Shown: positions 17,177 through 28,672, numbered from the stretch's first letter. The stretch: DNA of 64,000 nt from Thermodesulfobacteriota bacterium (GCA_965198945.1 CBDAQI010000011.1:45364-109363); one strand, 5' to 3'. Numbers and translations are program-made. The notes: generated by a model not told the origin, from the letters alone.

Positions 17177-19258
17177 ATGAAATACGACGCAAAAAATAAA
17201 AAAGACGTCCCGCCACCAGTGCCGGAGCCGGAAGAATTTTTCCCCGAAGCGGTCATTGTCGGAGAAAAAACTTTTATGAATCCCGATGATGTCGCGTCTT
17301 ATTTTCTCCCCGGAGGAAAAGTGGAAAAAACCTTTGGCGAGGGATACGAATTCAGAAAACATCAACAGTCCCTTGTGCGCGAAATCGCATCGGCTTTCAA
17401 CGGCGACCACTTCTCGCTTCTTGAAGCGCCCACGGGCATAGGAAAAACGCTTTCATATCTTCTGCCCGCAGCCAAATGGGCTGTTTTGAGCGGAGAGAAA
17501 GTCATTATTTCAACAAACACAATCAATCTTCAGGATCAAATTATCAGCAAGGGTATTCCTCTTCTTGGCGATGTTCTTGGACACAGGGTGGAATACGCTC
17601 TGGCAAAAGGGATGAGAAATTATCTGTGCCTGCTTCGTATGAATGAAGTGAAAAGCGAACTGCCGTTTGGACAGGGTTCCCGTCATTCCCGCGAAAGCGG
17701 GAATCCAGTATCGGGAGAGGCTACCGGAGAACTCCGGACTCCCGAAGTGGTTTCCAAAGAGACCGGTTTGCACGGAAATGAAGAAATAAACCGCACAGAC
17801 TTCGCGCGGGACGGGGAGGACGAGGCGCGGAGAATAATTGAATGGGGAGAGAAAACCCGCGACGGTTCGGTTCCTGATATGGGCTGGACTCCTTCTGAGC
17901 GCCAGTGGGACAGGTTTGCCGCGGAAAGCGAAAGCTGTGTGAGAAGAGACTGCCCGCACTACGGCGAATGTTTCTTTTTCAAGGCGAGAAGGAAAATTGC
18001 CAAAGCTGACCTGATAGTTGTCAATCACCATCTTCTTTTTGCTGATATTTCCATCAAACATTCGGCGGGAAAAGATGACGCGGGTGTTCTGCCCCCGGCG
18101 GGCAGGCTTGTGATAGACGAAGCGCATAACATCGCAGGCTCCGCCACGGTTCATTTCACATTGAAGACATCCAGCCTCGGTGTTGCGAAAACTCTGAACC
18201 GTCTCACGCGCGCGGCTTCCCGCTCAGTCCGTCTCGCCGCAATGAACGGGAGCGCCACGGACGGACGCGTGTTGGAAATCCTTTCCGCAATGCGCAAGGT
18301 TCTGCTGCCGAGGATAAAAAAAGTGGAAAAGTCTTCCGGGCGATTTTTTGAATCACTGCGCAAATCCTTTGAAAAGGTCTCCGGAAAGGGGGTTCGTCGT
18401 TTCAGTGTTCGCGTTATGGATAGTGATCTTGAACAAGGCGGCCGGTGGGAGCAAGCCGCTTCTCTGTGTCCGGAAATGAGCGCCGGCATGGCGGATCTGT
18501 CGGGCGAGGTGAGCAAAGCTCTCGCCGTTCTCGGCGAATCGGGGGGTGATGAAACTGTCGGTATTACGGCTGAGTTGAAAGCGGTTTTTGCGGGTCTTGT
18601 TCGTCACTGTGATGTGATACGCAGTTTTGCCGACACGGGAGTTTCCGCGGGATTTGTAAAAAGTGTTGAGGCGGGTGGGAAAAACGGAAGGAAGTTTGCG
18701 TCCGTCTCAGTTTCTCCGGTTGACATAGCCCCGTATTTGAAAGAGCAGCTTTATGACAGGTGTAAAACTCTGATACTGACTTCCGCTACACTGAGGGAAA
18801 AAAACGGTTTTGGGTTTCAGAAACGCTCTCTGGGGCTTGAAGAAAATGACAGGTTGGCTGAAATTGCGGTGTCTTCTCCTTTCAATCATAAGAGGCAGAC
18901 GCTTCTCGTCCTGCCGGATGACTTGCCCGGGGCGGAGTCCGGAGAGGCTCATTTGAAAGCTCTTTCAGAAGCGATTTTTGATTTGACTCGGATTTCGCGC
19001 GGCGGCGCGCTTGTTCTTTTCACTTCTTATCAGCTTCTGGAAAAGGTGAGCGCCGCCTTATCCCCTGAGATTGAGCGGCTCGGCCTGAAGGTTTTGACTC
19101 AAGGGGATGCGCCGAGGGAAAGACTGCTCGCGGATTTCAAAGAGGACGGAAACGCCGTGCTTTTCGGCACTGACAGTTTTCGCGAAGGCGTTGACATTGC
19201 CGGAGACGCGCTGCGGCTTGTCATCATCACGGCTCTGCCGTTCAATTTTTTCAAATAA
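17177..19258 (+). CDS. dinG: DinG/YoaA-family Fe-S helicase, C-terminally truncated (probable pseudogene or inactive variant)
   Basis: EAPTGIGKT, ISTNTINLQDQ, Fe-S Cys, VVNHHLL, IDEAH, LTSATL, LVLFTSY, FREGVDIAG; stops after ALPF with no QxxGRxIR motif VI. Confidence 0.85.
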   Translation: MKYDAKNKKDVPPPVPEPEEFFPEAVIVGEKTFMNPDDVASYFLPGGKVEKTFGEGYEFRKHQQSLVREIASAFNGDHFSLLEAPTGIGKTLSYLLPAAKWAVLSGEKVIISTNTINLQDQIISKGIPLLGDVLGHRVEYALAKGMRNYLCLLRMNEVKSELPFGQGSRHSRESGNPVSGEATGELRTPEVVSKETGLHGNEEINRTDFARDGEDEARRIIEWGEKTRDGSVPDMGWTPSERQWDRFAAESESCVRRDCPHYGECFFFKARRKIAKADLIVVNHHLLFADISIKHSAGKDDAGVLPPAGRLVIDEAHNIAGSATVHFTLKTSSLGVAKTLNRLTRAASRSVRLAAMNGSATDGRVLEILSAMRKVLLPRIKKVEKSSGRFFESLRKSFEKVSGKGVRRFSVRVMDSDLEQGGRWEQAASLCPEMSAGMADLSGEVSKALAVLGESGGDETVGITAELKAVFAGLVRHCDVIRSFADTGVSAGFVKSVEAGGKNGRKFASVSVSPVDIAPYLKEQLYDRCKTLILTSATLREKNGFGFQKRSLGLEENDRLAEIAVSSPFNHKRQTLLVLPDDLPGAESGEAHLKALSEAIFDLTRISRGGALVLFTSYQLLEKVSAALSPEIERLGLKVLTQGDAPRERLLADFKEDGNAVLFGTDSFREGVDIAGDALRLVIITALPFNFFK
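17681..17782. repeat. REP-like doublet inserted in frame within dinG
   Basis: cgtcattcccgcgaaagcgggaatccag (RHSRESGNP) and degenerate right arm ccggactcccg...tttgcacggaaatgaa. Confidence 0.8.
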
Positions 19259-19526
19259 CAGACCCCGGCGGACGGGTTCTTCATGAGGAGAGAAACGTTA
19301 TAGGCAAAAGCTTTGTAAACTGGTTCGGGTTCAGCGGGCTTCCGGCTCCGCATGGCGGCTGGCTGGGCGTTACGGGGCAAATTACACTCTTTTAAGAAAC
19401 GGACGCGCCGTTATTTATGAAAAAACTGATGTTTTTCTTGATAATCCCCGTATTCCTTGACAATAATGCCGTTACCGGATAGAAATAGCGCTCTGTTTTT
19501 CAGGAAACGGAAGCGGAAATAAAGTA

Positions 19527-19898
19527 ATGCCGAGCGTAAATCAACTCATAAGAAAAGGCAGGAAACGCATGGTCGTGAAAACCAGTTCGCCCGCCCTTCA
19601 GAACAACCCCCAGAAAAGAGGAGTTTGCGTGAGGGTTTACACCACGACTCCGAAAAAACCAAACTCGGCGATGAGAAAAGTGGCGAGAGTGAGGCTTACA
19701 AACGGCATTGAAGTGACGGCTTACATACCGGGGGAAGGGCACTCGCTGCAGGAGCACTCCGTTGTTCTCGTCCGCGGCGGCAGAGTGAAGGATCTTCCCG
19801 GCGTCCGCTACCATATCGTAAGGGGTTCGCTTGACTCAACAGGCGTTGAAAACAGACGCAGAGGGCGTTCAAAATACGGCAGCAAAAAACCCAAATAG
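19527..19898 (+). CDS. rpsL: 30S ribosomal protein S12
   Basis: [28 protein letters not shown]. Confidence 0.98.
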   Translation: MPSVNQLIRKGRKRMVVKTSSPALQNNPQKRGVCVRVYTTTPKKPNSAMRKVARVRLTNGIEVTAYIPGEGHSLQEHSVVLVRGGRVKDLPGVRYHIVRGSLDSTGVENRRRGRSKYGSKKPK

Positions 19899-19909
19899 AG
19901 TGAAAGAAA

Positions 19910-20383
19910 ATGTCCAGAAAAAGTTCATCATCAAGGCCCAAAGCTGAGGCCGACCCGCGCTTCGGCGATGTTTTTATCGGGAAATTTATAAATTCTCTTA
20001 TGCTTGACGGGAAAAAAAGCAAAGCGGAGAAAATATTTTACGATGTTATTGATTTAATAGGGGAGAGGGCTAAAACCAAGGAGCCGATCAAGGTTTTCTT
20101 CTCGGCCATGGACAATGTCAAGCCGTCTCTGGAAGTAAGGTCAAGACGGGTCGGCGGAGCGACCTATCAGGTTCCGATGGATGTGAAGCCGGTTCGCAGA
20201 AACTACCTTGCAATACGTTGGCTTCTTGACGCGGCCCGTAAGAGAAAAGAACACGGAGTGCGTGAAAAACTGGTTGCGGAGATACTTGACGCTTCCCAAA
20301 ACCGCGGAACGGCGATCAAAAAGAGGGAAGACACCCATAAAATGGCCGAAGCCAACAGAGCTTTCGCCCATTACAGATGGTAA
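19910..20383 (+). CDS. rpsG: 30S ribosomal protein S7
   Basis: [26 protein letters not shown]. Confidence 0.98.
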   Translation: MSRKSSSSRPKAEADPRFGDVFIGKFINSLMLDGKKSKAEKIFYDVIDLIGERAKTKEPIKVFFSAMDNVKPSLEVRSRRVGGATYQVPMDVKPVRRNYLAIRWLLDAARKRKEHGVREKLVAEILDASQNRGTAIKKREDTHKMAEANRAFAHYRW

Positions 20384-20396
20384 GAGAGAGGGGCAA

Positions 20397-22481
20397 ATGG
20401 CGGAAGAAACTAAAGTCCCCATGGAGAGGGTGCGCAACATAGGGATTGTGGCGCACATAGACGCGGGAAAAACCACCACCACCGAACGCATTCTTTTCTA
20501 CACCGGGCTTACCTACAAAATAGGAGAGGTTCATGAAGGCACCGCCACCATGGACTGGATGGAGCAGGAAAGAGAGCGCGGCATAACAATTACCTCAGCC
20601 ACTACGACCTGTTTCTGGGACGACCACAGAATCAATATAGTTGACACCCCCGGACACGTTGATTTTACGATAGAAGTTGAGCGTTCGCTGAAAGTGCTTG
20701 ACGGCGCCGTCGTCGTGTTTGACTGTGTCGGCGGTGTTGAGCCTCAAACCGAAACGGTCTGGAGACAGGCTGACCGCTACGGGGTTCCGAGAATATGCTT
20801 TGTCAACAAGATGGACAGAACCGGAGCGGATTTTTTCAAGGTTGTCAAACAGGTTGAAGAACGGCTCAACGCGCGTCCTGTATATATGCACATACCTTGG
20901 TTTGAGGGAGAGGAGTTCAGGGGAATAATAGACCTTGTCTCATGCAATCTTGCAGTCTGGGACGGGGAATCTCTCGGAGCCAAATTTGAACTGAAAGACA
21001 TACCGGAAGACTGCCGCGAGCAGTTCCAGACCGGCCGCAAGCAGCTTCTTGAAGCCCTGTCTGATTTTGACGACTCCATAATGGAGGCATATCTGGGAGA
21101 TGAGGAATTGGACACTGCGTCCGTTAAAAAAGTCATAAGAGAGCAGACCATAGCGCTGAATATCATTCCGGTGTTTTGCGGTTCCGCTTTCAAAAACAAA
21201 GGGGTTCAGCTTCTGCTTGACGCCGTTGTTGACTATCTTCCCTCTCCGGTGGATCTTCCGCCGATTGGCGGCAAGAAGGAAGACGGCTCTGATGATGTCA
21301 GAGTGTCAGACCCTGATGCGCCTTTCTCAGCGCTCGCATTTAAGATCATGACCGACCCTTTTGTGGGGCAGCTTACATATATAAGGGTTTATTCCGGGAA
21401 GCTGATTTCAGGCAGCACGGTGCTTAACTCAACAAAAGGGAAAAAAGAGAAAATAGGGCGTCTGGTGAGGATGCACGCCAATAAAAGAGAGGAAATCAAA
21501 GAGACCGGCGCGGGCGGAATAGTGGCCGCGGTGGGTCTTAAAACTTCCGTAACGGGAGACACGCTCTGTGATCTGCAGAACCCGATTGTTCTTGAGAGTT
21601 TGAACATATCAGACCCGGTCATATCAATTGCGATTGAGCCCAAGTCAAAGGCCGATCAGGAAAAACTGGGAATGTCACTTTCAAGGCTTGCTCTTGAAGA
21701 TCCCTCTTTCAGGGTGAAGAGCGATGAGGAAACCGGCCAGACTGTCATATCGGGAATGGGTGAGCTTCACCTTGAGGTTATTGTTGACAGGCTTTCAAGG
21801 GAGTTCAATGTAGATGCTAATGTCGGAAGACCGCAGGTTGCCTACAGGGAAACCATAGTCGGCAATTCCGATGTTGACGCCAAATTTATAAGGCAGACCG
21901 GCGGCCGCGGTCAATACGGACATGTGAAAATCAAAATGGAGCCGCTTGAGAGAGGACAGGGTTTTGAGTTTGTTGACCAGATCAAGGGCGGTGTGATACC
22001 GAGAGAGTATATTCCGGCCGTTGAGAAGGGCATAAAAGAGGTTATGGAAACCGGTGTGGTTTCCGGTTACCCGGTTGTTGATGTGAAAGTTACGCTCTAC
22101 GACGGTTCATTCCATGAGGTGGATTCATCAGAAATCGCTTTCAAGATAGTGGGCTCAATGGCTTTCAAAGATGCGTTTACAAAGGCCTCTCCGTCCATCC
22201 TTGAGCCGGTGATGAGCCTGGAAGTGGTGACGCCTGAAGATTTTACCGGAAGTGTAATAGGAGATTTGAGTTCCAGAAGAGGGAAGATAGTGAGCACTGA
22301 GATGCGCGGGGCGATGCAGGCGGTTAAATCGGATGTTCCACTTGGTGAAGTGTTCGGATATGCTACGGAGTTGAGGTCAATGACCGAGGGAAGGGCTTCG
22401 TTTACAATGGAATTTGCCCGTTATGAGATTCTTCCGTCCGGCATGGCGGAGGAGCTCAAGGCTGCGGCGCAGTCAAATTGA
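20397..22481 (+). CDS. fusA: Elongation factor G
   Basis: [33 protein letters not shown]; start ATG 20397. Confidence 0.98.
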   Translation: MAEETKVPMERVRNIGIVAHIDAGKTTTTERILFYTGLTYKIGEVHEGTATMDWMEQERERGITITSATTTCFWDDHRINIVDTPGHVDFTIEVERSLKVLDGAVVVFDCVGGVEPQTETVWRQADRYGVPRICFVNKMDRTGADFFKVVKQVEERLNARPVYMHIPWFEGEEFRGIIDLVSCNLAVWDGESLGAKFELKDIPEDCREQFQTGRKQLLEALSDFDDSIMEAYLGDEELDTASVKKVIREQTIALNIIPVFCGSAFKNKGVQLLLDAVVDYLPSPVDLPPIGGKKEDGSDDVRVSDPDAPFSALAFKIMTDPFVGQLTYIRVYSGKLISGSTVLNSTKGKKEKIGRLVRMHANKREEIKETGAGGIVAAVGLKTSVTGDTLCDLQNPIVLESLNISDPVISIAIEPKSKADQEKLGMSLSRLALEDPSFRVKSDEETGQTVISGMGELHLEVIVDRLSREFNVDANVGRPQVAYRETIVGNSDVDAKFIRQTGGRGQYGHVKIKMEPLERGQGFEFVDQIKGGVIPREYIPAVEKGIKEVMETGVVSGYPVVDVKVTLYDGSFHEVDSSEIAFKIVGSMAFKDAFTKASPSILEPVMSLEVVTPEDFTGSVIGDLSSRRGKIVSTEMRGAMQAVKSDVPLGEVFGYATELRSMTEGRASFTMEFARYEILPSGMAEELKAAAQSN

Positions 22482-22529
22482 TTGGAGTGATGAGAATGAA
22501 TTTTTCTTTTTTCAGGAGGTGTTTGAGAT

Positions 22530-23705
22530 ATGTCTAAGGCGAAGTTTGAGAGGGGCAAGCCTCATTTGAACATAGGGACTATTGGTCATGTTGATCACGG
22601 CAAGACTACGCTTACGGCTGCGATAACGAAGGTTTTGGACATGGCGGAGTTTGTGGAGTTTGGGGACATAGACAAGTCTCCTGAGGAGAAGGACAGGGGG
22701 ATAACGATAAACATATCTCATGTTGAGTATGAGACTGAGGGGCGTCATTATGCTCATGTTGACTGTCCCGGTCATGCGGATTATGTGAAGAACATGATAA
22801 CGGGGGCGGCGCAGATGGACGGTGCGATACTGGTTGTGAGCGCTCCTGACGGTCCCATGCCACAGACGCGGGAGCACATCTTGCTTGCGCGTCAGGTTGG
22901 AGTTCCTTCAATAGTGGTTGCGTTGAACAAGGTGGACATGCTGGATGATCCTGAGCTTTTGGATTTGGTTGAGCTTGAGATACGGGAGTTGTTGAACGAG
23001 TATAAGTTTCCGGGCGATGATATACCGATAATGAAGGTGAGCGCTTTGAAGGCTCTTGAGGGAGACGGAGATGCTGCGGGTCAGATACGGGAGTTGATGT
23101 CTGCGGTGGACGGATATGTGCCTGAGCCTGTGCGCGAGGTTGACAAGCCTTTTATTATGGCTGTGGAGGATGTGTTTACGATATCGGGTCGCGGCACGGT
23201 TGTTACGGGCAGGGTTGAGCGCGGCAGGATAGAGGCTGGTGATGAGGTTGAGATAGTGGGGTTTAGTGAGACGGTGAAGACGGTTGCGACGAGTCTTGAG
23301 ATGTTCAGGAAGATACTGGATGATGCGGTTGCGGGGGACAATGTGGGTGTGCTGCTGCGTGGGATAGAGAAGGATTCTGTTGAGCGTGGTCAGGTTTTGT
23401 CTGCGGTGGGGAGCATTACGCCTCACAAGAAGTTTTCTGCGGAGGTGTATGTGTTGAAGAAGGAGGAGGGTGGTCGTCACACTCCTTTTTTCCCCGGGTA
23501 TCGTCCTCAGTTTTATTTGCGGACTACGGATGTGACGGGTTCTGTGAAGCTGCCCGATGGTGTGGAGATGGTGATGCCGGGCGATAATGTGAATATGGAA
23601 GTGGAGCTGATAGCTCCGGTGGCGATGGAAGAGCAGCTCCGTTTTGCAATCAGGGAAGGGGGCAGAACCGTGGGAGCCGGCGTCGTTACCGGAATTATTG
23701 AGTAG
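22530..23705 (+). CDS. tuf: Elongation factor Tu
   Basis: [42 protein letters not shown]. Confidence 0.99.
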   Translation: MSKAKFERGKPHLNIGTIGHVDHGKTTLTAAITKVLDMAEFVEFGDIDKSPEEKDRGITINISHVEYETEGRHYAHVDCPGHADYVKNMITGAAQMDGAILVVSAPDGPMPQTREHILLARQVGVPSIVVALNKVDMLDDPELLDLVELEIRELLNEYKFPGDDIPIMKVSALKALEGDGDAAGQIRELMSAVDGYVPEPVREVDKPFIMAVEDVFTISGRGTVVTGRVERGRIEAGDEVEIVGFSETVKTVATSLEMFRKILDDAVAGDNVGVLLRGIEKDSVERGQVLSAVGSITPHKKFSAEVYVLKKEEGGRHTPFFPGYRPQFYLRTTDVTGSVKLPDGVEMVMPGDNVNMEVELIAPVAMEEQLRFAIREGGRTVGAGVVTGIIE

Positions 23706-23710
23706 CAAAT

Positions 23711-24025
23711 ATGAATATTGCTTCAAAAATAAGAATAAAACTCAAGTCTTTTGACCACCGTCTTATTGACAAGTCGGTTTTTGAGATAGCGGATACGGCG
23801 AAAAGAACCGGAGCAAAAATTTCCGGCCCTCTTCCCCTTCCCACAATGATACGCAGGTTTTGTGTCCTCAGGTCTCCGCATGTGAATAAAAATTCAAGGG
23901 AGCATTTTGAGGTCAGAACCCACAAAAGAATAGTCTACATACTTGAGCCCACCCATCAGACGGTTGATGAGCTTATGAAACTGGATTTGGCTTCGGGAGT
24001 TGATGTTGACATTAAACTCACATAA
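23711..24025 (+). CDS. rpsJ: 30S ribosomal protein S10
   Basis: [26 protein letters not shown]. Confidence 0.97.
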   Translation: MNIASKIRIKLKSFDHRLIDKSVFEIADTAKRTGAKISGPLPLPTMIRRFCVLRSPHVNKNSREHFEVRTHKRIVYILEPTHQTVDELMKLDLASGVDVDIKLT

Positions 24026-24036
24026 AAGGTGATGAA

Positions 24037-24678
24037 ATGATAGGCGGTCTCATAGGTAAAAAAGTGGCGATGACTCAGGTGTTTCAGGACGGTACCACCC
24101 TTGTTCCGGTTACCGTGCTTGAAGTCGGTCCCTGTTATGTGATTCAGAAAAAGACTCCTGAAAAAGACGGTTACTCCTCGGTTCAGATCGGATACGGGGA
24201 GGATTTTTCCGCAAACAAGGCGTCAACAGGCCACTGCGCCGCCGCAGGCCTTCCGGCAATGAAGAGAGTGGTTGAAGTCCGCTGTGGTGACGGAGAAATT
24301 AAGCCCGGAGACATTTTTACCGCGGATTTTTTCAAAGAGGGAGACAGGGTGGATGTAATTGGCACGGGGAAGGGTAAAGGTTTTACCGGTGTGATGAAAA
24401 GGCACGGATTTGCGGGTCAGCCCGCTTCACACGGCGGCAAAGCCCACCGCAGGCCGGGCTCAATAGGGCAGGCGTCTTATCCGGCTCGCGTCTGGAAGGG
24501 GATTAAAATGGCGGGAAGATCCGGCGGAAAAGGCATTACAACTCAAGGTTTGAGAGTTGTTTCCGTTGATATTGAGAAAAATCTTGTTAGTGTAAAGGGC
24601 GCGGTTCCGGGGCGGCGCGGTTCAGACGTATTTATAAGACATTCCGTAAAAGGAGGCGGTCAGGTTGCCGACGGTTGA
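24037..24678 (+). CDS. rplC: 50S ribosomal protein L3
   Basis: GKKVAMTQVF, KGKGFTGVMKRHGF, RRPGSIG. Confidence 0.97.
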   Translation: MIGGLIGKKVAMTQVFQDGTTLVPVTVLEVGPCYVIQKKTPEKDGYSSVQIGYGEDFSANKASTGHCAAAGLPAMKRVVEVRCGDGEIKPGDIFTADFFKEGDRVDVIGTGKGKGFTGVMKRHGFAGQPASHGGKAHRRPGSIGQASYPARVWKGIKMAGRSGGKGITTQGLRVVSVDIEKNLVSVKGAVPGRRGSDVFIRHSVKGGGQVADG

Positions 24679-25294
24679 AGTATATGACATGAGCAAAAAT
24701 CAGGTCGGGACTCTTGATTTGAACAATGAAGTTTTTGAGTCTCCGGTCAGAGAAGACCTGATACAGCTTGTCGTAAAATGGCAGCTTGCCGCGGCGAGAA
24801 GCGGTACCGCGTCCGCGAAAACGCGCGGCGAGGTAAGCGGCGGAGGCTCCAAGCCGTGGAAGCAGAAACACTCGGGCCGCGCAAGACACGGCTCCACAAG
24901 ATCTCCGATATGGAGGAAGGGCGGCGTTACTTTTGGTCCCAAGCCCAAAGACTGGTCTTTCAGTGTTCCCCGCAAAGTCAGGAAACAGGCTCTCAGGTCG
25001 GCTTTGTCGGCGAGGTTCCGTGACGGCGCAATCAAGGTCGTCAAAGACTTGAGCCTTTCTGAAATAAAAACAAAAACGGTTGCGGACATGCTAAAAAATT
25101 TTGGAGTCGCAAGCGCTCTCTTTGTTGATGTTCCGAACGGCGCCTCGGAAAACTTTGCCAAGTCGGCAAATAACATTCCCCGCGTCAAAATGCTGGCGGA
25201 CAAGGGAATCAACGTTTACGACACTTTGGGGTTTGACGGTTTGATAATGACAGTTGATGCGGTCAAATCAGTGCAGGAGGCTCTTTCACATTGA
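24665..25294 (+). CDS. rplD: 50S ribosomal protein L4
   Basis: KTRGEVSGGGSKPWKQK..RARHGS.RSP. Confidence 0.97.
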   Translation: MPTVEVYDMSKNQVGTLDLNNEVFESPVREDLIQLVVKWQLAAARSGTASAKTRGEVSGGGSKPWKQKHSGRARHGSTRSPIWRKGGVTFGPKPKDWSFSVPRKVRKQALRSALSARFRDGAIKVVKDLSLSEIKTKTVADMLKNFGVASALFVDVPNGASENFAKSANNIPRVKMLADKGINVYDTLGFDGLIMTVDAVKSVQEALSH

Positions 25295-25578
25295 AAAGCC
25301 CGCATCAGATTCTCAGAACACCTCTTGTGACCGAAAAGAGTTTTTCTCTGCGTGAGAAGGGCTGGTATGTTTTTTCGGTTGATGAGAAGAGCAAAAAGCA
25401 TCAGATAAAAGACTCCGTTGAAAAGTCTTTCGGGGTGAAAGTGGGTAGAGTTAGAACCTCAATCGTTCCCGGAAAAAAGGTAAAAAGGGGCGGGCGCCTG
25501 GCCGGGAGAAGGCCGGGATTTAAGAAGGCATATGTGAAGGTTGTTGAGGGAACGATAGAGATATTTGAGGGATTATAA
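25291..25578 (+). CDS. rplW: 50S ribosomal protein L23
   Basis: PLVTEKS, KKAYV; S10 operon position. Confidence 0.95.
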   Translation: MKSPHQILRTPLVTEKSFSLREKGWYVFSVDEKSKKHQIKDSVEKSFGVKVGRVRTSIVPGKKVKRGGRLAGRRPGFKKAYVKVVEGTIEIFEGL

Positions 25579-26420
25579 TGGGAATAAGAAAATTCAACCC
25601 GACAACTCCGGGAACACGTTTCAGAACCGGCGAGGACTTTACCGAAGTTACTTCTTCCGTTCCTCACAAGCCGCTGGTCTCTTCAATACCTAACAGGGCG
25701 GGAAGAGGAAGCGGGGGCAGAATCTCAAGCTACAACCGCGGCGGCGGACACAAAAGGCTTTACAGAAACGTGGATTTCAAGAGAAATAAAAGCGGAGTGC
25801 CGGCAAAGGTTGCTTCAATAGAGTATGATCCTTACAGGTCTGCGAGAATAGCTCTTCTCAATTATGCGGACGGTGAAAAAAGATATATTGTCGCATCCGA
25901 GGGGCTGTCCGTCGGAGACACGGTTGTGTCCGGCGCGGGCTCGGAAGTCGCCCCCGGTAACGCGCTGAAACTCAGAGAGATTCCCACCGGTGTTTTTGTT
26001 CATAATGTTGAGATTCGTCCCGGAGGCGGCGCCAAAATCGCACGCTCGGCGGGAAGCTCCGTTCAGATTACCGCCAAAGAGGGAGACCGCGCCCTGTTAA
26101 AACTTCCGTCGGGTGAGATAAGAATGGTCAGTCTTGAGTGCATGGCGACCTTGGGCAGAGTGGGAAACTCCGAGCACGAACTTGTCTCAATCGGAAAAGC
26201 CGGAAGAAACAGGCACAGACGCCGCAGACCCAAAGTGAGGGGTGTGGCGATGAATCCGGTTGACCATCCGCACGGCGGCGGAGAGGGAAAAGCCACAAAG
26301 GGAAATCCCCATCCCGTTTCTCCGTGGGGTTGGATAACAATCGGATACAAAACAAGGAAGAACAAAAGGACCGACAAATACATCGTCAGGCCCAGAAGGG
26401 TCGGATACGGGATGGATTAA
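25578..26420 (+). CDS. rplB: 50S ribosomal protein L2
   Basis: [29 protein letters not shown]. Confidence 0.98.
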   Translation: MGIRKFNPTTPGTRFRTGEDFTEVTSSVPHKPLVSSIPNRAGRGSGGRISSYNRGGGHKRLYRNVDFKRNKSGVPAKVASIEYDPYRSARIALLNYADGEKRYIVASEGLSVGDTVVSGAGSEVAPGNALKLREIPTGVFVHNVEIRPGGGAKIARSAGSSVQITAKEGDRALLKLPSGEIRMVSLECMATLGRVGNSEHELVSIGKAGRNRHRRRRPKVRGVAMNPVDHPHGGGEGKATKGNPHPVSPWGWITIGYKTRKNKRTDKYIVRPRRVGYGMD

Positions 26421-26429
26421 GAGGGGATA

Positions 26430-26717
26430 ATGGCAGCGGAATCACAAAAAAAACCATATGTTCACGAGAAGCTTCTCAAGAAGGTCATGGCGGCAAAAGA
26501 TAAGAAAAAGGGCGATGTTTACATTAAAACATGGTCGCGGGCGTCAATGGTGATACCGGATATGATAGGTCTTACAATAGCGGTTTATAACGGAAGAAGG
26601 TTTATCCCCATTTCCATAAACGAACATATGATAGGACACAAACTCGGGGAATTTTCGCCGACAAGGACTTTTCAGTCACACGCGGGCGGTGACAAAAAAT
26701 CAAAGGTGGGCAGGTAG
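26430..26717 (+). CDS. rpsS: 30S ribosomal protein S19
   Basis: [20 protein letters not shown]. Confidence 0.97.
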   Translation: MAAESQKKPYVHEKLLKKVMAAKDKKKGDVYIKTWSRASMVIPDMIGLTIAVYNGRRFIPISINEHMIGHKLGEFSPTRTFQSHAGGDKKSKVGR

Positions 26718-26729
26718 GAATTAACATCC

Positions 26730-27068
26730 GTGGTTTCAAAATCAATTCTTAAATACTACAGAATGTCTCCGCAAAAGGTTCGTCTGGTTGTTTCTCTCAT
26801 AAGGGGCAAGAATGTGGAGGAAGCCTTTTCGACTCTCTATCTGACACGTAAGAGATGCGCTCCGGTTCTTGCCAATCTTCTGAAGTCCGCCGTTGCGAAC
26901 GCCTCGGAAAAGGGCTATTCGGAGCCGGAAGACTTATACATAAAGGAAATTTACGCAGATGAAGGGCCGACCCTTAAACGTTTCAAGGCGAGAGCCATGG
27001 GAAGGGCTTTTCAGAGAAAAAGAAGAACGAGCCACATAACAATAGTGCTTGAGAGGAAGGGACTGTAA
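26730..27068 (+). CDS. rplV: 50S ribosomal protein L22
   Basis: SPQKVRLV, LKSAVANA, RAMGRA..RTSHITI. Confidence 0.97.
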   Translation: MVSKSILKYYRMSPQKVRLVVSLIRGKNVEEAFSTLYLTRKRCAPVLANLLKSAVANASEKGYSEPEDLYIKEIYADEGPTLKRFKARAMGRAFQRKRRTSHITIVLERKGL

Positions 27069-27069
27069 T

Positions 27070-27714
27070 ATGGGTCAGAAAGTAAATCCGATAGGTTTGA
27101 GAATAGGAATAACAAAAACATGGGACTCCAAGTGGTATGCGGAAAAAGGGTCTTTTACCGACATGCTGAACGAAGACATACGAATAAGGAGATTCCTTAA
27201 AAAGAATTTCCACCAGTCGGGCATATCAAGAATTGAAATAGAGCGGGTTGTTCAGAAAAAGGTCAAGGTCATCATACATGTGCTCAGACCCGGAATTATC
27301 ATAGGAAGGAACGGTCAGGAAATAGAAAGGATAAGAAGAGAACTGCAGAAAAAAACCGGCAAGGAGATGGTTGTTGATATTAAAGAAGTGCGCAGGTCTG
27401 AAATAGACGCCCGTATGGTTTCTGAAAATGTGGCATTGCAGATAGAGCGCAGAGTGGCATACAAGAGGGCTATGAAACAGGCCATTTCATCCGCGATGAG
27501 AACCGGAGCTCTCGGGATTAAAATTATGGCGTCCGGAAGACTTGCCGGAGCTGAAATAGCAAGAAGAGAGTGGTATAAGGAAGGCAGCGTTCCGCTTGCA
27601 AAACTGAGAGCTGATATTGACTACGGCTTTGCCGAGGCAAAAACCAAATATGGAATTATCGGCATCAAAACCTGGATATTCAAAGGAGATGTCATAGAGA
27701 AAAAGACCTCCTGA
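27070..27714 (+). CDS. rpsC: 30S ribosomal protein S3
   Basis: MGQKVNPIGLRIG, GRLAGAEIAR, LRADIDY. Confidence 0.98.
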   Translation: MGQKVNPIGLRIGITKTWDSKWYAEKGSFTDMLNEDIRIRRFLKKNFHQSGISRIEIERVVQKKVKVIIHVLRPGIIIGRNGQEIERIRRELQKKTGKEMVVDIKEVRRSEIDARMVSENVALQIERRVAYKRAMKQAISSAMRTGALGIKIMASGRLAGAEIARREWYKEGSVPLAKLRADIDYGFAEAKTKYGIIGIKTWIFKGDVIEKKTS

Positions 27715-27727
27715 CGGGGAATAAATT

Positions 27728-28147
27728 ATGCTTCAGCCAAGAAAAACAAAATACCGCAAAGCGTTCAAGGGGCGCATAAGAGGAAAGGCGACCAGAGGCA
27801 CACAGATAGATTTTGGCCAGTTCGGTCTCCAGACCCTTGACAGCGGACGTCTCACTTCAAGGCAGATAGAGTCTGCAAGAATTGCCATAACCCGCCATGT
27901 AAAGAGAGGAGCCAAACTGTGGATAAGGGTTTTCCCCGACAAGCCGCTCACCAAAAAGCCAGCCGAGACAAGAATGGGCAAAGGCAAGGGCGACCTGTCG
28001 GAATACGTCGCTCCGATAAGGTGCGGGCAGATGCTTTACGAACTGAGCGGAGTTAGTCCCGAACTTGCGAAGGAGGCTTTCAGGCTTGCGTCTCATAAGC
28101 TTCCTGTAAAAACAAGGACGGTTGAAAGGACCGAAGAGGTTGTATAA
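27728..28147 (+). CDS. rplP: 50S ribosomal protein L16
   Basis: [23 protein letters not shown]. Confidence 0.98.
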   Translation: MLQPRKTKYRKAFKGRIRGKATRGTQIDFGQFGLQTLDSGRLTSRQIESARIAITRHVKRGAKLWIRVFPDKPLTKKPAETRMGKGKGDLSEYVAPIRCGQMLYELSGVSPELAKEAFRLASHKLPVKTRTVERTEEVV

Positions 28148-28377
28148 TGGCTGAAAAACCCGGTAAATTAAGGGAACTCACGCTTGAAGACCTCAACAAA
28201 AAAGAGCGTGATCTGGCTTCTTCCCTTTTCAATCTACGAATGCAGGTTGCAACCAAGCAGACCGGCGCTTTTGCGCAGATAAAGTCATTGAGAAAGGATA
28301 TTGCCAGAGTGAGAACCGTGAAAACAGAGCTTGAGAGAAAGATAAGCGAGGAGAACCGAGAAAGGAAAAATGACTGA
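28147..28377 (+). CDS. rpmC: 50S ribosomal protein L29
   Basis: LFNLRMQ..RKDIARVRT; position. Confidence 0.94.
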   Translation: MAEKPGKLRELTLEDLNKKERDLASSLFNLRMQVATKQTGAFAQIKSLRKDIARVRTVKTELERKISEENRERKND

Positions 28378-28672
28378 AAAACGGGCAAAAAGAGGTCGGC
28401 TCACTTCAATTTTGGGGACTGTTGTCAGGAAAAGCGGTGACAAGACCGCCGTTGTGGATGTGGTAACGATAAAGAAGCATCTGGTCTACAACAGGTCAAT
28501 CAAACGGAGAGTGCGCTACGTTGTTAACGATGGCGGCAATCAGTGCGAAGTCGGTGACAAGGCTCTCATATACGAGTCAAAACCCGTAAGTAAGAGCAAA
28601 AGATGGCGGGTCGGCAAAATCGTTGAAAAGATTCGTTCCGACTCCGGGAACGAAGGGGGAACGAGTCAGTGA
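28370..28672 (+). CDS. rpsQ: 30S ribosomal protein S17
   Basis: [20 protein letters not shown]. Confidence 0.94.
   Translation: MTEKRAKRGRLTSILGTVVRKSGDKTAVVDVVTIKKHLVYNRSIKRRVRYVVNDGGNQCEVGDKALIYESKPVSKSKRWRVGKIVEKIRSDSGNEGGTSQ

Noticed and set aside
16384..17410. ORFs 16384-16731, 16728-16919, 16858-17058, 16939-17256 and 17003-17410, or a CRISPR array
   Set aside because: The ORFs are read-throughs of palindromic repeats (VIPA, WIPVSTGMT) or antisense to dinG; the repeats are inverted doublets with spacers over 100 bp, unlike CRISPR
22512..23726. Long antisense ORFs over tuf and other conserved genes
   Set aside because: Shadow ORFs arising from codon bias; no recognisable protein features
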